Shown: positions 12,888 through 28,456, counted from the stretch's first letter. The stretch: 64,000 nucleotides of DNA from Paraspadella gotoi (GCA_051294375.1 CM119265.1:27610874-27674873), one strand, 5' to 3'. Translations and numbers: made by a program. The notes: a model not told the origin generated them from the letters alone.

Positions 12888-15800
12888 GCTATAGTTAATT
12901 AACATTTAAAGTTAACATTTTTATAGTTAATAGCATTTAAAGTTTATTGTGATTACTATAAATCATGAAAATTTTATATTTCAAATTTCAGAATTTTTAA
13001 ATTATTACAAGAATGCCAAATTTTTATGTTTAATTGTTAAAATTAGTAAAAACTATAAAAATTAAGGGTTTTTTCCCTTATTTGACCCAGCTTTTCATCG
13101 AAATATTGAAAAACGCATCTATACTTTGTGTAGACAACTTTTTATGGGCTATCTGAATCCGTTCTTAAAAAATAAAATTTAAAAAAAAATTTTATTTCAT
13201 TGCCTATGCATTTATAAATATTTAAATACTTCAATGTTATACCTTGCTGCACTAGTTAAAAAAGTGATAGTAAATATTGATTTAAGTATATGATCGACAA
13301 ATAAATTTTATATGACAAATACTTCTAATGATAAAAAGGGATCAAATTTAACCACCTTAATATATATATTAAGGGTAGTAAAATTTTAAAATTTAACTTT
13401 AATTAAATTCTAAAAGTGCAAGGAAACGAACAATATTTATACTAATGAACATTTTATGTAATAAAAAAAAATTTATATAAAATTTTACAATTTACGCAGT
13501 AGGCCATATTTTATACTAGTACTCAACCAATAAATGTTAAAATTTTAAAACAGTTTTGTCTAAGATTTTTTTGCAGATTTGGATTAGTCATAAAAAGTTG
13601 ATAAAAAGAATATAACTCTTTTAAAATTCCTTCATATTAAGTGGGGTCAAAAATTAGAAAGAGCATATTTTGAGCTGAAAATTAACTTTTTATATATTAA
13701 TATAGTTTTTTAAAATTTTTTACTCAATTAATAAAATAATTTCTTAAAAATGATTTTAATTTTCTCTTTTATCAACTTTTTACGAGGAATTCTAAATCTG
13801 CAATCAAAATTAAGAAAAGCCTATTTTGAAATGTTTTGATTTTATAAGGATAATATATATATATATAATATATATAAATATAGCCTACCTACGAAATTAA
13901 AAAACATAAAATTAATTTTTTTTACAAAATAATGTTCACTGATGTGATGGTATGTTGTTCATAAATTGACTTTTAGAATTTTGCCATATGTAAACTTTTC
14001 ACTACGCCTTAATACATATATATATATATTATATGTATATATATGGCAAGTGATTTTGATTTGGGATATTTTCAACATCTGAAATTGAAACTTAAATAAC
14101 TATTAATTCTTTTTCCCACTGATAAATATGAAACTTTCTTTATTTTAAAAAAAACGGTTGGCATTAGTTATCTTCTCCTTATAACATGATCTCACTGGGT
14201 GAATTTCTAATGCTTTCAAAATACGGTAAGACATGATTTCTTTCACGTTAATCATTCCAATTACGCGGATCAGACCTTATCAGCCTTATAAAAAAGAAAA
14301 CTAAAACGATTTCATGGTAGAACAACTTTTAAAGATAAAATTGCTCGTAAGATCTGTCGCGTTTTTTAGATATATCTACTGCTTAGGCAAAAAATCGGCA
14401 CCCGTCATAATTATTAAACTTTGTTTTTGTTTTCCACTGCTTTTTGTGTTTCTTTTCTTTCTCAAACTTTCGCTCTGACTCTCTTTTTCTCTTTCTTCTG
14501 TGTGAAGTATTTTGATTCTTCACGCCAACATAATAAGCGTTAAATTTTATTTTATTTCGTCATAGTCACTCCTATCCTACAACTGTTCTCACCCTCAATA
14601 CTATCCATAACTCAATTCTTTGGTGGACGTTCTCTCTCTTTTCTCTCTCTCTCTCTTCTCTCTCTCTCTTGTATGTATAGTTAATAACATTTAAAAGTTA
14701 ACATTTATAGTTAATAGCATTTAAAGTTTATTGTATTACTATAAATCATGAAATATTTATATTTCAACATTTCAGAATTTTAAATTATTACAAGAATGCC
14801 AAATTTTTATGTGTTAATTGTTAAAATTAGTAAAAAATATAAAAATTAAGGGTTTTTCCCTTATTTGACCCACTTTTCATCGAAAATATATTGAAAAACG
14901 CATTTATACTTTGTGTAGACAACACTTTTTATGGGCTATCTGAATCCGTTCTTAAAAAATAAAATTTAAAAAAAAATTTTATTTCAATTGCCTATGCATT
15001 TATAAATATTTAAATACTTCAATGTTATACTGTGCTGCACTAGATGTAAAAAAAGTTGATAGTAAATATTGATTAAGTATATGTATCGACCAAATAAATT
15101 TTATATGACAAAACTTCTAATGATAAAAAGGGATCAAATTTAACCCACACTTCAATATATATATTAAGGCGTAGTAAAATTTTTAATTTAACTTTAATTA
15201 AATTCTAAAAGTGGGAGGAGACGACAATATAATATAACTAATAAACATTTATGTAATAAAAAATTTATAATAAATTTTACAATTTACCGCAGTAGGCCAT
15301 ATTTATACTAAAGTAACAGAAACCAATAAATGTTAAATTTTAAAACAGTTTTGTCTAAGATTTTTTTGCAGATTTGATTAGTCAAAAAAGTTGATAAAAA
15401 GAAATATAACTCTTTTTAAAAATTCCTTCATTAAGTGGGTCAAAAATTAGAAAGAAGCTATATTTTTTAAGCTGAAATTAACTTTTTATATATTAAATAT
15501 AGTTTTTAAATTTTTTACTCACTTAATAAAATATTTTTAAAAATGATTTATATTTTCTTTATCAACTTTTTACGAGGAATTCAAATCTGCAATCAAAATT
15601 AAGAAAAGCCTATTTTTGAAATTTTTTGATTTTATAAGGAAAATAAAATGATATAATTACCTACTACTATATATAAAATATGCCTACTACGAAAATTAAA
15701 AACAATGAAAAATTTAATTTTTTTTTACAAAATAATGTTCACTGTATGTGATGGTAATGATGTTGTTCATAATTGACTTTTAGAATTTCATATGTAACTT

Positions 15801-16422
15801 TCACTACGCCTTAAGGTATGATAGTGTATCAGTACCTATCTACTTATAATTATGGCAGTGATTTTGATTGGGTATTCTTCAACATTGAAATTGAACTATA
15901 AATAACTATTAATTCTTTTTTCCCACTGATAAAATAAGAAAACTTTCTTTATTTAAAAAACGGTTGGCATTAGTTATCTTCTCCTTATAACATGGATCTC
16001 ACTGTGAGATGTTTCTAATGTTTTCAAAATACGAACTCAACTTTCTTCACGTTAATTCATCCAATTACGTGATAACCTTTATAAATAAAGAAATAAAACC
16101 GAATTTATCATTGGTAAGAAAACTTTTAAGATAAATGCTCGTAAACCTTGTCGCGTTTTAGATATACTAACTAGACCGTAGGCAAAAAATCGGCACGCTA
16201 TATTATTAAACTTTGTTTTTGTTTTCCACTGCTTTTCTTGTTTTCTTTCTTTCTTAAACTTTCGCTCTGACTCTCTTTTTCTCTTTCTCTCTGTGTGAAG
16301 TATTTTGATTCTTCACGCCAACATAATAAGCGTTAAATTTTATTTTATTTCGTCATAGTCACTCCTATCCTACAACTATTCTCACCCTCAATACTATCCA
16401 TAACTCAATTCTTTGGTGGACG

Positions 16423-16465
<43 letters not shown>
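11025..16465. repeat. Three tandem ~1.8-kb units, each ending in a (CT)n tract
   Basis: Units at ~11025-12883, 12884-14670 and 14671-16465 differ mainly by 1-nt indels. An inverted partial copy lies at ~18290-18900. Confidence 0.9.
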
Positions 16466-16468
<3 letters not shown>

Positions 16469-19400
16469 ATCATAATGTTTGGTAAAATTAACACTGCGCT
16501 GAAGAAGACTCGAAAAAGAGACAAAGCATGTCCATTTCAAAAATAAAACTCGTTGTTTGTAAACAAAAATAAACTTTGTTTTCTCTCTCAATTTTATTTC
16601 GAGAAAACTTCGGTAGCGTATGATTTTATTCAAAGTTTGGTTGCCAAGCAGATTTAAAAAATCGACAGATTTTTGCAAAAATTTTTTCCGCAAAAAGCTG
16701 TCGATTGAAAGAAATTAATTTCCTGACGCTTCCCCTTTCTATAAACGAATGCGGTTTTTTTTTAATTTGTCAACTTTAGTATATTTCTCATCTATTAAAT
16801 TTATAAAATATGTCAAAAACCGAATTTTAGTTTAAATAAAACGCACCTCAAATATCCTCACAAATTAAAAGTAGGCTTAAAAATTTTTTTGCAGCAAAAC
16901 TACTAAATTTTTTGCCCTAATTTTTTAGGTACCAGAAGCACTAACAATAGGGAATATTTGATTAGAATTGTGGACATTTTGAAGTATTTTCGTTTAACAA
17001 ATTGTAATAAAATGTAAAATGTAAAATTTTAAGTTTTTGACTGACAATAGATGACTAACAGCAAATGAACCAACTCAGAAGTAAAGAAGTTAAGAAAGAC
17101 CCAAAAGCCGGAGTAAAAAATTTTTTTTCAATGATCTTTGCATTCAAATCTCAAGACAAAAGTCAAAATGGACAAAAATGGACATAATTTTTTTATTAAA
17201 AATAGCAAAAATGATATTGATTCTTGATTAGAAAATGCAGCAGATGATTTCAATTAATCTGTAGTCTCGCCAAGTTTGTCTTAAAATTTAATCATTTTTG
17301 TTGGTAATATTCTAACAATATTGAAAAAAGTGGTTTTTTTGCTAAATTCCTCGATATAAATCACTGCCATATCTACTTTAAAATTTTAAAAGTTTTACAA
17401 CAAATGGGTCAAAATTGGAAAAAAATTATCATTTATTATCATTGGCTAATTTTTATGGTATTCTCAAATTTTAACTGATAAAACAAACAAGTTCTAAAAT
17501 GTTGTATTATTAACCTTTAAGGTCCGGGATCACTCAATTCAAATTATAATTAGGCTAAAACCGATCTCGGATTTTGAAAGAAGAGCTCCTGACGATTCTG
17601 AAAATGTATTCACTTTACTATTTTTTCAAAGGCATAGTCGTTTTTTTGATTTTTTTGTACTATATAAAATAAAAGAAACCTATTGAATGAGTTGCAGCCA
17701 AACGGTTAAGGCGGTTTCTAATAAAGTTTGGGATGAATTACCTTTAGGTTCATCAATTCCAATTTCATATGAAAGAATACTTTCAAGAATTTGCCTTCCT
17801 TCATAGAAAATTGTGTTATTTTAGTACTTTTTTGAGATTAATTCCATTATTCTTTTTGAAACAAAAAGCGTTTTTCAAAAAGCGCTCATAGAATCTCCCC
17901 ACCCTTTCTTTTCCTTTGCCATTAGTTATTTTTTTATGCTAAATTTAGTCCAACGGTTTGAGCATGCAACTCTCGTTTTCAACCTTCTTTTCGTCAAGAA
18001 AGTTAAATTCGTACTCCCATTACTTTGCAAGATTCAACACATAACATACACAAACCGGGGATGTGATGGATGGAGTTTGTTTTAACGGCCGATGTCTTAA
18101 AAAAACGGCTTACTGTTTTAATTTTTTAATCCCAGAGTTGTAGTTTTTTTCTTAGTGATTCCCTAGAAAAATAGGGCAACTATTTTTATGATATAAGCAT
18201 TTACATAAATAAAAGAACATTGAAATTAATTTGATAAGTTTTTTAACTAACTAATAAACTCATAAAACCATAAAAACCGTCTGGAAAATGTGTAGTAAGG
18301 CGTAGTGAAAGTTAACATACGAAAATTCTAAAAGTCAATTATGAACAACATACCATCAGTAACAATAATTTGTAAAAAAAATTTATTTTATGTTTTTTAA
18401 TTTTCGCAGTAGGCTATATTTATATATAGTACTATACCTTATAAAATCGAAAAATTTCAAAATAGCTTTTCTTAATTCTGATTGCAGATTTGAATTCCTC
18501 GTCAAAAGTTGATAAAGAAATATAAATCATTTTTAAAAATTCTTTCATTAAGTGGGTTAAAAAATTAAAAACTAATTTAAATGTAAAAGTTAATTTTCAT
18601 AGCTTAAATATATAGCGTTTTTCTAATTTTTTGACCCACTTAATGAAGGAATTTTTCAAAAGATGTTATATTTCTTTTTTATCAACTTTTAATGACGAAT
18701 CAAATGCTGAAAAAAAATCTTGAAATTTTTGAAATTTTTAACATTTATTGTTTAGTACTAGTATAAATAATGGCCTAACTGGCTGTAATTGTAAGTTTAT
18801 TATAATTTTTTTTTTAAATTAATGTTCATTAGTATATATTGTTCGTTCTCACTTTTTAGAATTTTAATTAAAGTTAAATTTATTACAAATTTTTACGCCG
18901 TTATGTGTAGAGTAGTTTATTTAGACTTATTGTGATACACTCAAAGTACGTACTTGCATCAAAGAAGAAATTAATATACTTACCTGGTATATAGAGGGTA
19001 GAAATTGTGAGCTTACTGTAAGAATCAATATTGTCTAGAATTTTAGCTTAACCTTTAAAAATTATTTTCTCTTGTGAAATCTAGTTTTACCAAAAAAAAA
19101 ATTTGTTTAAATTTTTATGACATTTTAGGTAGATTTTTAAAAAGTTTTCGATTAATTTTAAATGGAAATTCTTTACAGGATGCAGAATGAAATTAAGAAT
19201 CAGTAAATTGAGATTTCTACACATTTTAGGTTGAGTGATCCCTGGCTTAAGTAGCCATAGCCGATGAAATTTAAATGCTAATGTTAAACAGCGTTAAAAT
19301 AATCTATCATGACTATAGATTTTGTGTATTAAAATATTTTTTGGTCAAAATTGTTTTCTTCTGAGGGTACTCGCCTAATTAAAAATATTTTTTACTATAT

Positions 19401-19902
19401 AGAGCAAAATATTTTTTTTTAAATCTTAAATTTTTTGATGATTCTGATAGAGCATAAAAAGTTAACAGAATATAATAGACTTTTAAAATTCTTACGTCTT
19501 CTATGTGAAATATTAAAAAACTGATAAAATCATCGAAAGATAATAATGATGATGATTTTTTATAGTTTTTCTTTTTATTTTTGACACACTTATCGTAAAA
19601 AATTTAAAAAAGAATCATACTTTGTGAAACAACTTTTTATGAGCTATCTGAATCTGGTCTTAAATTTAAAAATCTAAAAAAATTTGACCTTTCCTATCTA
19701 TAATAAATATTTTAAAAAATTAATTACTAGGGTATAGAGCCATATTATAAATTTTTTGTCCATGAAAGTATCCTTAAAATGTCTAAATATTCGTTTGAGC
19801 AATGTACTCACTCTAAATTTTTGACTCCCTCATTGAGTGCGGCTACCCCTACCTTAAGTAACTGTTTAACAATCTGATGAAGGTTAAAAAAAATTAAAAT
19901 TT

Positions 19903-20456
19903 TTAGCCGGATCTGCTTATTAACAGATTCCGGCTCTATAATTCACTTTGTCGGTCTGTCGGTCGCCACCCATTATCTTGTGGGTAAGTCACTTATATCA
20001 TCTCAGAACATCGAATTATAAAAAAATTATGCCAAAAAAATGATGTCCGTCCATCCGTCCGTCCGTCCGACCTCTTTCGCTTTCAACGCCAATTACTCAT
20101 GATATTATTGGGCGATTAACTTTTGTGTGTGTATAAAGAAGTGTGTGATTAAACAGGAAATCAAGTTTCCATGGAATCGTCCGAATGGAAAAAATGGAAA
20201 AAAAACAAAAAACCGGCTTCATCAAATTAATTAAACAATCAATCGATTTATTAATATCTTTGTCGTCGTTGCCATCTTCGTCGTCGTTGTTTTTCTCTCA
20301 AAAATATTTAAAAAAAACAAGTTTATGAAAACAATTAATTTAATAATCAATTAATTAATGTGTAATTAATTAATGTTTTAACTAATTTATTGATTAAATA
20401 ATTAATTACCGCTAATGATCGTGGGTAGATTCGATAAACTTGCTCAAACTTGTTTT
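19903..20456 (+). mobile_element. DINE-1/HINE-like (non-autonomous Helentron-type) element
   Basis: 5' inverted repeat agccggatctg..cagattccggct, internal (GTCC)n, 3' sub-terminal repeat agattcga followed by ttgctcaaacttgtt, T-rich flanks. Confidence 0.65.
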
Positions 20457-21899
20457 TATATTATCCAGTATAAACCTAAATATTAGACTATTTCAAATTC
20501 ACTAATAATATCGCCAAACGACTTCTTTAATTTGGTTTCACTTTGTCCCTTCAACATTTTAAAATCCTTAAAACAAAAAAATGACCGAAATAAACGTAAT
20601 AAAAATATTAAAATATAAACGAAATAAAAGTATATTTCATGTTTATATTGAAGATTCAGCTTACAATCAGAGTCTTTGAGACAACAAAATATGAACTTCA
20701 ATAATTACCATCTTTCTTGATCTCTTTGGTTAGTACGAAGCTTACTTCATTTAAAAAAACGGTAGTCTCAAGTTATCTCCTTCTTATCACTTAGAACTTC
20801 GCAGGTAAATTTCTATGAGATAATAATACGGTAAGACATGATTTCTTCAATGATTGTCAATCTAATCTCATTAGCTGCTTAATTTTAGAAATAAGTATGT
20901 TTGAATTTTTATGGTACAAATACATTTTAAAGATCGAATTCCTCATAAAAATCTTCACGTCTTTTACTTACACAAAACTATTCAGGCAAGACGCCACATT
21001 ATCTGATACAATTTTTATCGAGCCTTGACCGGCGAAGCCGGGTCAGGCTCTATTAATGTCATTTAGAAAGGGGAGTTGACGTTTTCTTTGTGAGGCGCAC
21101 TTGCGAAAGTCGTTCTGAGCGTATCGTGGGTTCCTCATCCGTTTTTAAATATCCTTGTTTCTCGATATTATACGATAATCTACTACGGTCCTTCTTTAAT
21201 ATTGCCGGGTTTGCGCTGTAGACTTACGTAACCAGTTTTATTTTTTTATAAAATAAAAATTATTATGAATTATGATAAATGTTTTACTCAAGTGTGCGAT
21301 CATAGTAAGTTAAAAATTTATGATATGGCTTTTCATTCTTTGAAATAGTCTGTAGATATTTGTTTCTGTTTTAATAATTAATCATTTGGATTTAAGAGAT
21401 ATTTTTTTTGTTTGAATTTCCACTTCAACAATTATGATTTACTTGCAATATGTGCAAATGTGAGATTTATAGTACTATTTATTAATATATCCTCAAAATA
21501 TTTAAGTATAGTAGAAGAGAGTTTCGCTTTAAGCTAATTACATATTGCAGTATATAAATATTGTATGATGAAAATTTCAAAAAATTTTTTTAAATTTCTC
21601 TAATAAAAATGGTAACTCAAAGGTATTCGGTGTAATTGAGGTTTAGCTATCAAATCTTAATTTTAATACAAAATATAATAAAATTTCGCTCTACTCACAC
21701 GCTTTGCTATGGTGTATAAGCAAAAGTTTGGAAAAGTTTTCCTAAATTAGTGAGAAGCGCGGCGTATATAGAAAGAACATTAAGTATAAGATATACAATT
21801 TTTTGTCCACTCTTCTTTGATCTAATTATATTATTAATTGATAAATTAAATATATATTTATATAATTATTGCACCTTATAAGTAAATAGGTGTGTGAGT

Positions 21900-24600
21900 A
21901 TATGATATGAGATTATATATCTTTATATTATATTATCCGAGAGATGAGAAATATTTTAATTATTATACTATAAAATATAAAAATATATCTCCGACTCTGA
22001 TTTGTTTCCATAAATATAAGTGTATTAAGTTCTCTAATAGTAGAGACCCTAACTAGTGAATAACACTCCCCGCCATTGGGTCAACCTAACAAAAAAGGTG
22101 ATTGAAAGGGCAAAGAGGTTTTTATCTAAAACTCTATTAACTACCTCTAATTGTCTTGCCTTATTATAGGTACACTTAACGGATTGATACAAGTATAGAA
22201 TTGAGAGTGTTGACGCCTCTCGCGAGTGAGTGGAGATATTTTCGTAATTTAGACCTTATAAGAAAACGCCTGAAAAGTACAATAAGAATTGGATGTTTTT
22301 ATGGTAGATAAATGTGGAGGATTAGCGAAGGATAACGGCTGAGGGATTCTTATTTAATAATGGTGGATGCGCAAATTAAATAGAGAGATATTATGTTTCA
22401 CAGATAAAGGTTATATAGCATCAGATTGTATACATGTTGTTGTAGAGAAATAGGTTTGGTAGGAGTGCTTGATGCACCGGAAGTAATCTTTTTTCTAGAA
22501 GAATTTGCAAAATGGTATGGAGCTTATATGGAGGCCAAGAACATTGTGGTATGAATATGGAAATTGGATTATTCCTTAGGGCGAGAATGTAGCAGGTGCA
22601 TGTACCTTTGTATTAGTCGGGTTTTATGCCTGAGGTGCTCTGTAAGGGCTTGGTCATGCTTGCCTTCACCCAAGTGTTTGAACCTTCGGGGGTACGCTTT
22701 GCATTGTTATTTGATAGGTTCACCAATTTATTATATATCTGAGTTATTATCATTCATAATGTGAGCTGATTTCAAAATCGAGATCCATAATGTTGTTTTG
22801 TCAACTATGTGGAGATTTTTAAGTATATAGTTAGTATTAAAGAAGTGACTATTCATAAAAGAACATGATCGGCATATGTTCTTGAACATATGTTCCATTT
22901 TACGCAATTTTGAACACTCAACTGTCTCCTCACAGTAGGAATGAATGGATAATATCTCGGAGTATACAAATAATCGTTCTAGAAAGTAAGTGGCAGAAAT
23001 TATGCTATTTGAAACATGTCCAATCTAGTATTCCCGCATTAATTCGTTCAGGTCCTGACTTGCTCATTTTAGAGGTAAATCCTTTGGTAGACCCAATAGA
23101 AGGTTGAAGTGAAATGTCATTTGCGGAAACTTATTCTCAATTGAAAAGAAATATAAGTTTAAAGACAAAAATTATTAGTAATATAACTAGGTCATAGTTG
23201 AGGCAAAAGAGAGAAATGGGAAAAAATGAGTATAACTTTGTATTATAAAGAGTCTTCTACATTTCCTATATAAAGTATGTTGGGATGGAGGGCCATATCT
23301 CTCGTGGGGAGGGTGCCGAGATTATTTATGAACTAAAATCGGTTTTTGACCTGTTGGATACTTCTTTACTATGTATGATAATCTTGCTCTTATAATTAGT
23401 CGTAGAGGACAACAGGCATAACTAAAATGATTAAGTACTCTAATATTATTAAATGAGAACAACCAGCCATGTCACTTTTATTATGCCAATTATGGTAGGA
23501 AGAGGTATGGGCTTTTTGTGATCTTTGTGGGTGTTTGTAGCACGTGAAGATGGCATATTTTGATCACTGAGAAAGAGGAGATGGAGGCCGTCGAAAGAAC
23601 TTAATTGGGAGAATATCTCGTCACGGTGCTCGCACACTGTTCTCAGAGACAGGATTTTTGGTGATGCGAGTGAGAGAACAAAGTATATTGATTATTAGCG
23701 AAGAAGGATGAGACTTACGGTACTGTAAATTAGGAATGTAAGGGGTTTAAGTCGCACGCGTTGGAAGAAATAATTAGGAGTCTGACATTTTTATATTTCT
23801 ATAAGATGCATTCGCTTGAAATATTCAATGATGAGAGCACAAGGAATTTAAGGAACATTGTCACCTATGATTGTCGGGGTTCGCGCGGTCTGAGGTATGA
23901 GCTGTGCGCAACCATATAATATTTGGCGGTGGACCTATCTCAATCACTTATATCATTTGGTACCAGGGATTATAGACACAAGATTATTTGGGGGCTGGCA
24001 AAAATTAATTGTAAAATTGAGAATCAGTTAATTGGGGCAAAAAAATATTTAAAAAAAAAGAATGTCAATTAGTCGGGGTAATGTACTCCGGAAGGTACAT
24101 TAAATGTGTACTGACTGGATATGTAGAGTTGGGCCGTGAACCTCAATAACCCGGTTATTAAATTAGGCCGCTAATAAATGAAACTTATTCATAATCTAAT
24201 TAGAGTGCGTATTGACTTGTCGGGTATGGGAGTATTTGACATTTAATGAAATTTTGTGTGCGGATAGGGTAAGCTGTTGTGCACATGTGAGCTGGGTATA
24301 TGAGAGGTTATTCGGAGTGTTACAGCTCGATTCCCGATGAGGACATTGACGTTTGGTTTTATATTTGAGGATCATTGAGGCAATTAGAATATATAATTAA
24401 ATATTACGTATTCTTGGAAAGTATGATTATAGTCAGCCACGAGTCTGATCTCTTTGTCTATTTGTAAGTCGTGCTAAATTGGGTTTCTAGAAATTAGTCT
24501 GACCTCTTGTGAGAGAGTTTTATTTGAATGTCTTTGGGTCGCAGAATATGTTTAAAATCTAAAGTTTTATCCGATTTAAGTAATTATAGCGTTTTATTAG
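21900..24600 (-). pseudogene. Decayed CR1/L2-type LINE ORF2 (APE + RT)
   Basis: Minus-strand motifs in the correct order: LSDQNMP (~23570, APE SDH), KSGP (~23060), VP.GS.LG (~22690). Many stops and frameshifts. Confidence 0.7.
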
Positions 24601-25256
24601 GGTCTTTTGTGTTAGTTTATTTGAGATAGATCTTAGTTTAAATGTAGGAAATAAATATACTTAAACACTTGTTTTTTTTAGGTTTTATCTCACTGTCTTG
24701 TCCTGATTGATTAGGCGTCATGTTCTTGTTTTTTATTCTCACCTGTCTTTATCTAGGTTGAATATATATTTATTTTGCAAGAATATATTAATATGTATGT
24801 AAATGTGTGTATCAAATATATAATAATTAATTACAATAATTTATGATTAATTGCTAGTTTATGTATTAATATATTAATAACAAAAGAAAAGTAAAATATA
24901 AATAAAAAACAAATCAAAAAAAAGTGCCGCTGCTTTTCTGAAATCGGTTTAAAAACGATAGTTCAGTTTCTCTCTGTCTCTCTTTGTTGTGCGAATCCTT
25001 GCGTGATCGTCGTTTTTGAAAAATTCTGATATCTTTTTTTCTTTCTAAAAACATATATAGCCGTCCCATCTGTAGTATAATAATAGCGATTCTCAATAAG
25101 TCGTGATTGGCTGTGGATTGGGAAATTAGCGAATCTGCTTCCGTGTATGGAAGTCTCGTTAGTTGAAAAAGATAGCTGATGTTACAGAAGCTGTCTCGAC
25201 TTCATCTCTCTCTACGTCTCCCTCCCGTTCCCTCACCTCTCTCTCTCATCTTCTCT

Positions 25257-25307
<51 letters not shown>

Positions 25308-25673
25308 AGCAAAAAAAATTATTCACTTTGTTTTACCACCGTTTTTTGAAAAATTCTTATTATTTTCTTTCCTTCTAAAAACTTATTTATCGCCATTTAT
25401 TCCGCGCTTCTTTTCAATACAAAATCCCAAATTTACATTGAGATTTTCGTGGATTTTTTTGAGAAAATTGAAGAATAACTAACTTCACCTGGATTTCGTG
25501 GCCGTTGCGGGCAACGAGTAAACAATGTCGAGGAACATGACCTAATAACGCGTTACGTGTATAAAAAAAATCAACTTGACCGAGAATCACGCGATATAAC
25601 AAGAGTGACCTAATATTGCGTATCGTTGGCGGGAAAACTTCTCTCTCTTCTCTCTCTCTCTCTCTATCTCTCT

Positions 25674-25728
<55 letters not shown>

Positions 25729-25822
25729 GTTCTCTCTCTCTCTCTCACTCAACTCTCCTTTTTTTTTTTACAAAAAAAAATTTATTCACTTGTAAACGAG
25801 TAAACACGTGTTCCGGCTCTCT

Positions 25823-25853
<31 letters not shown>

Positions 25854-26049
25854 TCTATCTTTCTCTCCTATCTGTCTCTCTCTCTCTTTCTCTCTTTCTA
25901 TCTTTTTTTTTGTACAAAAATAATTTTAGTCACCTTTTTTTTACCTTCCGTCACTGCGCGACGAGTAAAGAGTTCCGGCTCTCTCTATCTCTCTCTCTCC
26001 TCTCTTTTTTTTTTACAAAAAAAAAATTTTTTAGTCACTTTTTTTCACA

Positions 26050-26086
<37 letters not shown>

Positions 26087-26792
26087 ATGTACGACCGTTC
26101 GTTTTTTGAAAAATTCTTATATTTTTTTCCTTCTAAAAACTTTTATTATCGCCATTTATTTTTTTTTCTACTATACAAAATCCCAAATTTACATCCGAGA
26201 TTTTCATAGATTCCTTTTAAGAAAAAAGGAAAAAATAACTTATAATGCAGGCAATGTCACATGTACATCAGCTTGCTGCTGTACATATAGCTGCTAATGT
26301 CCGGCAATTGCGCGGATTAATTAATTAAATATATAACTTTCTAACAAAAAAAATTTTTATTGATTTTTTGTTTATTACTGTAACTTTGGACCGGCGCCCC
26401 ACTATTGGCAAATTATATCAAAATAGGAGTTGAGAAAGAGAGATATTGTCAAATTAAACATTACTTTTTTTGTTATTCTAATAATTTTACAATTTAAAAT
26501 TGTAAATTTTTTAGTGTATATATTTAATCATTTTTTATTCTTTTTTAAAATAATAATTATTTGAGTTGGGATAAATATTTAATAATTAGTTAAATATGCA
26601 AATATGAAATTTGACCTCGGTCTGGTTTCTTCTTAAAAAAAAGAACAATCTAAAATTTCATTAAGAAAAGAGAGAAGGAAAAGAGTTCGTCCCTACTCAG
26701 ATACGTCGAAAAACGAGTTCAGCTCTGCAGGGCGGTCCAGCTTCTGATTATACTTTATATAAACGAGAGTGAAAACTGACCAGCCTCTCTCA

Positions 26793-26823
<31 letters not shown>

Positions 26824-26874
26824 CCTCTCTTTCATTCATACACGCATTTGTTTGTTTTATTTACGATGAATGAC

Positions 26875-27075
26875 TCATCGCGTGAGATGACTATCATCGC
26901 ATCAATGAATGATTATCATCATATCAATGAATGATTATCATCACATCAATGGACTATCATCGCATCAATCATTTGATTATCATCACATCAGTTATTTTAT
27001 TATCATCGCATCAAATTATTGGTTATCATCGCATCAATATTTGGTTATCATCGCATCAATATTTGGTTATCATCA
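26875..27075. repeat. ~22-bp minisatellite (tatcatcgcatcaat...)
   Basis: About 8 degenerate copies, with a reverse-complement array at ~38185-38372. Confidence 0.85.
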
Positions 27076-28413
27076 AAAGTAGGCTCGATTCCTTATGCTT
27101 TAATGATTATTTTTACCATCATAATCCCTTTCCTTGATTCTTTTTTTCTTCTTTTATTCTACTTTTTTATATTTTGCTTTCTCTTTTCTCCTTTACTTCT
27201 CACGCTGTCACTTACCAATTTTTCTTCCCTAACTTTTTATATCACTCTTCCACTTAACGCACCTTTTTTGTCTCCTCTCTTTTTCTTTCTTTTCCCCTCT
27301 TTTTCTTTCCATTTTTCCCCTCCTTTCTCACCTTTTTTTTTCCTTTCTCCCCCTCTTTCATACTTTCCACTTCTCCTTTGCTTATTCCCCCTTTGCGATT
27401 CCCTCTCACTACGTTTACATTTAGCGAAATCAAAGGAAATCTTTAATATACATTATAAGAAATAAAATTAACAGTAACGGAGGATTTTATTTCAATTTTG
27501 GTTTCCTAGCAGATTTAATAAATCGACAGTTTTTATGGATAATTTTTCCGCAAAATCTGTCGATTCCGAGAAAAAACAAATCCTGACGCTTTCAATTGGA
27601 TTAAAAGGATGCGTTTTTTTGTTTTAATAACGTTAGTATGTACCTCATCTTTTAAAACTAATAAATGGGTTAAAAATATTGTCTTTATTAAAAATAAATG
27701 CAAGTCACAAAAAGTAACAAATTAAAAGTTGTCTTTAAAAATTATTTGTGGCTAAACGATACAGGTTTTTTGATAATTTTCTAGGTATCAAAAGCTTATT
27801 CAATAGGCTATATTTTCTATTAATTTAAACCAATTTGAAAAATGTTTGTTTAACAAATTATGATAGAAATTGAAAATGAAACTTTTTTACTTGTCAACTT
27901 TAAAATTAATTCATAGGCAAACTACAAATGATTTAAGCAAATAAATTTACCCAGAGGTGAAGAAGATAAGGAAGAATAGATTTCCAAAGTAAAAATTTTT
28001 TTTCTAAACTTTCCATGGCATTCAAATCAGAAGACGAAAGTGAAAATGGACAAAAATGGACATGATTTTTTTATTAAATGTTGCGGAATTTGTACATTTT
28101 TATCAAAAGAAACAGGTGAAGATAATTTTAACCAATCCCTAGTTCGGCCCAATTTGTAATGTGGTACAAATTAAATTAATATTGTCAGTAACAACTGAAC
28201 AATAATGGAAAGAGTTGTTTTTTATTCTAAATGCGACGTTTGTAAGCGGAACCTGAAGTAGTCATACTTTTCTAACAGACAAGAATAATTATATTAAAAA
28301 TTTTCATGTCTCTCGTTAAAAATATTTAAATGTAGGGTAAATGAATAACAAGAGATAGCGATAAAGAGTGAACGGAGAAAGGGAGAGGCCATACATTAAA
28401 TGTGAGAGTGAGT

Positions 28414-28456
<43 letters not shown>

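Noticed and set aside
25626-27465. Long hydrophobic ORFs (SLSLSL..., FFFL...)
   Set aside because: Translations of (CT)n and pyrimidine tracts.
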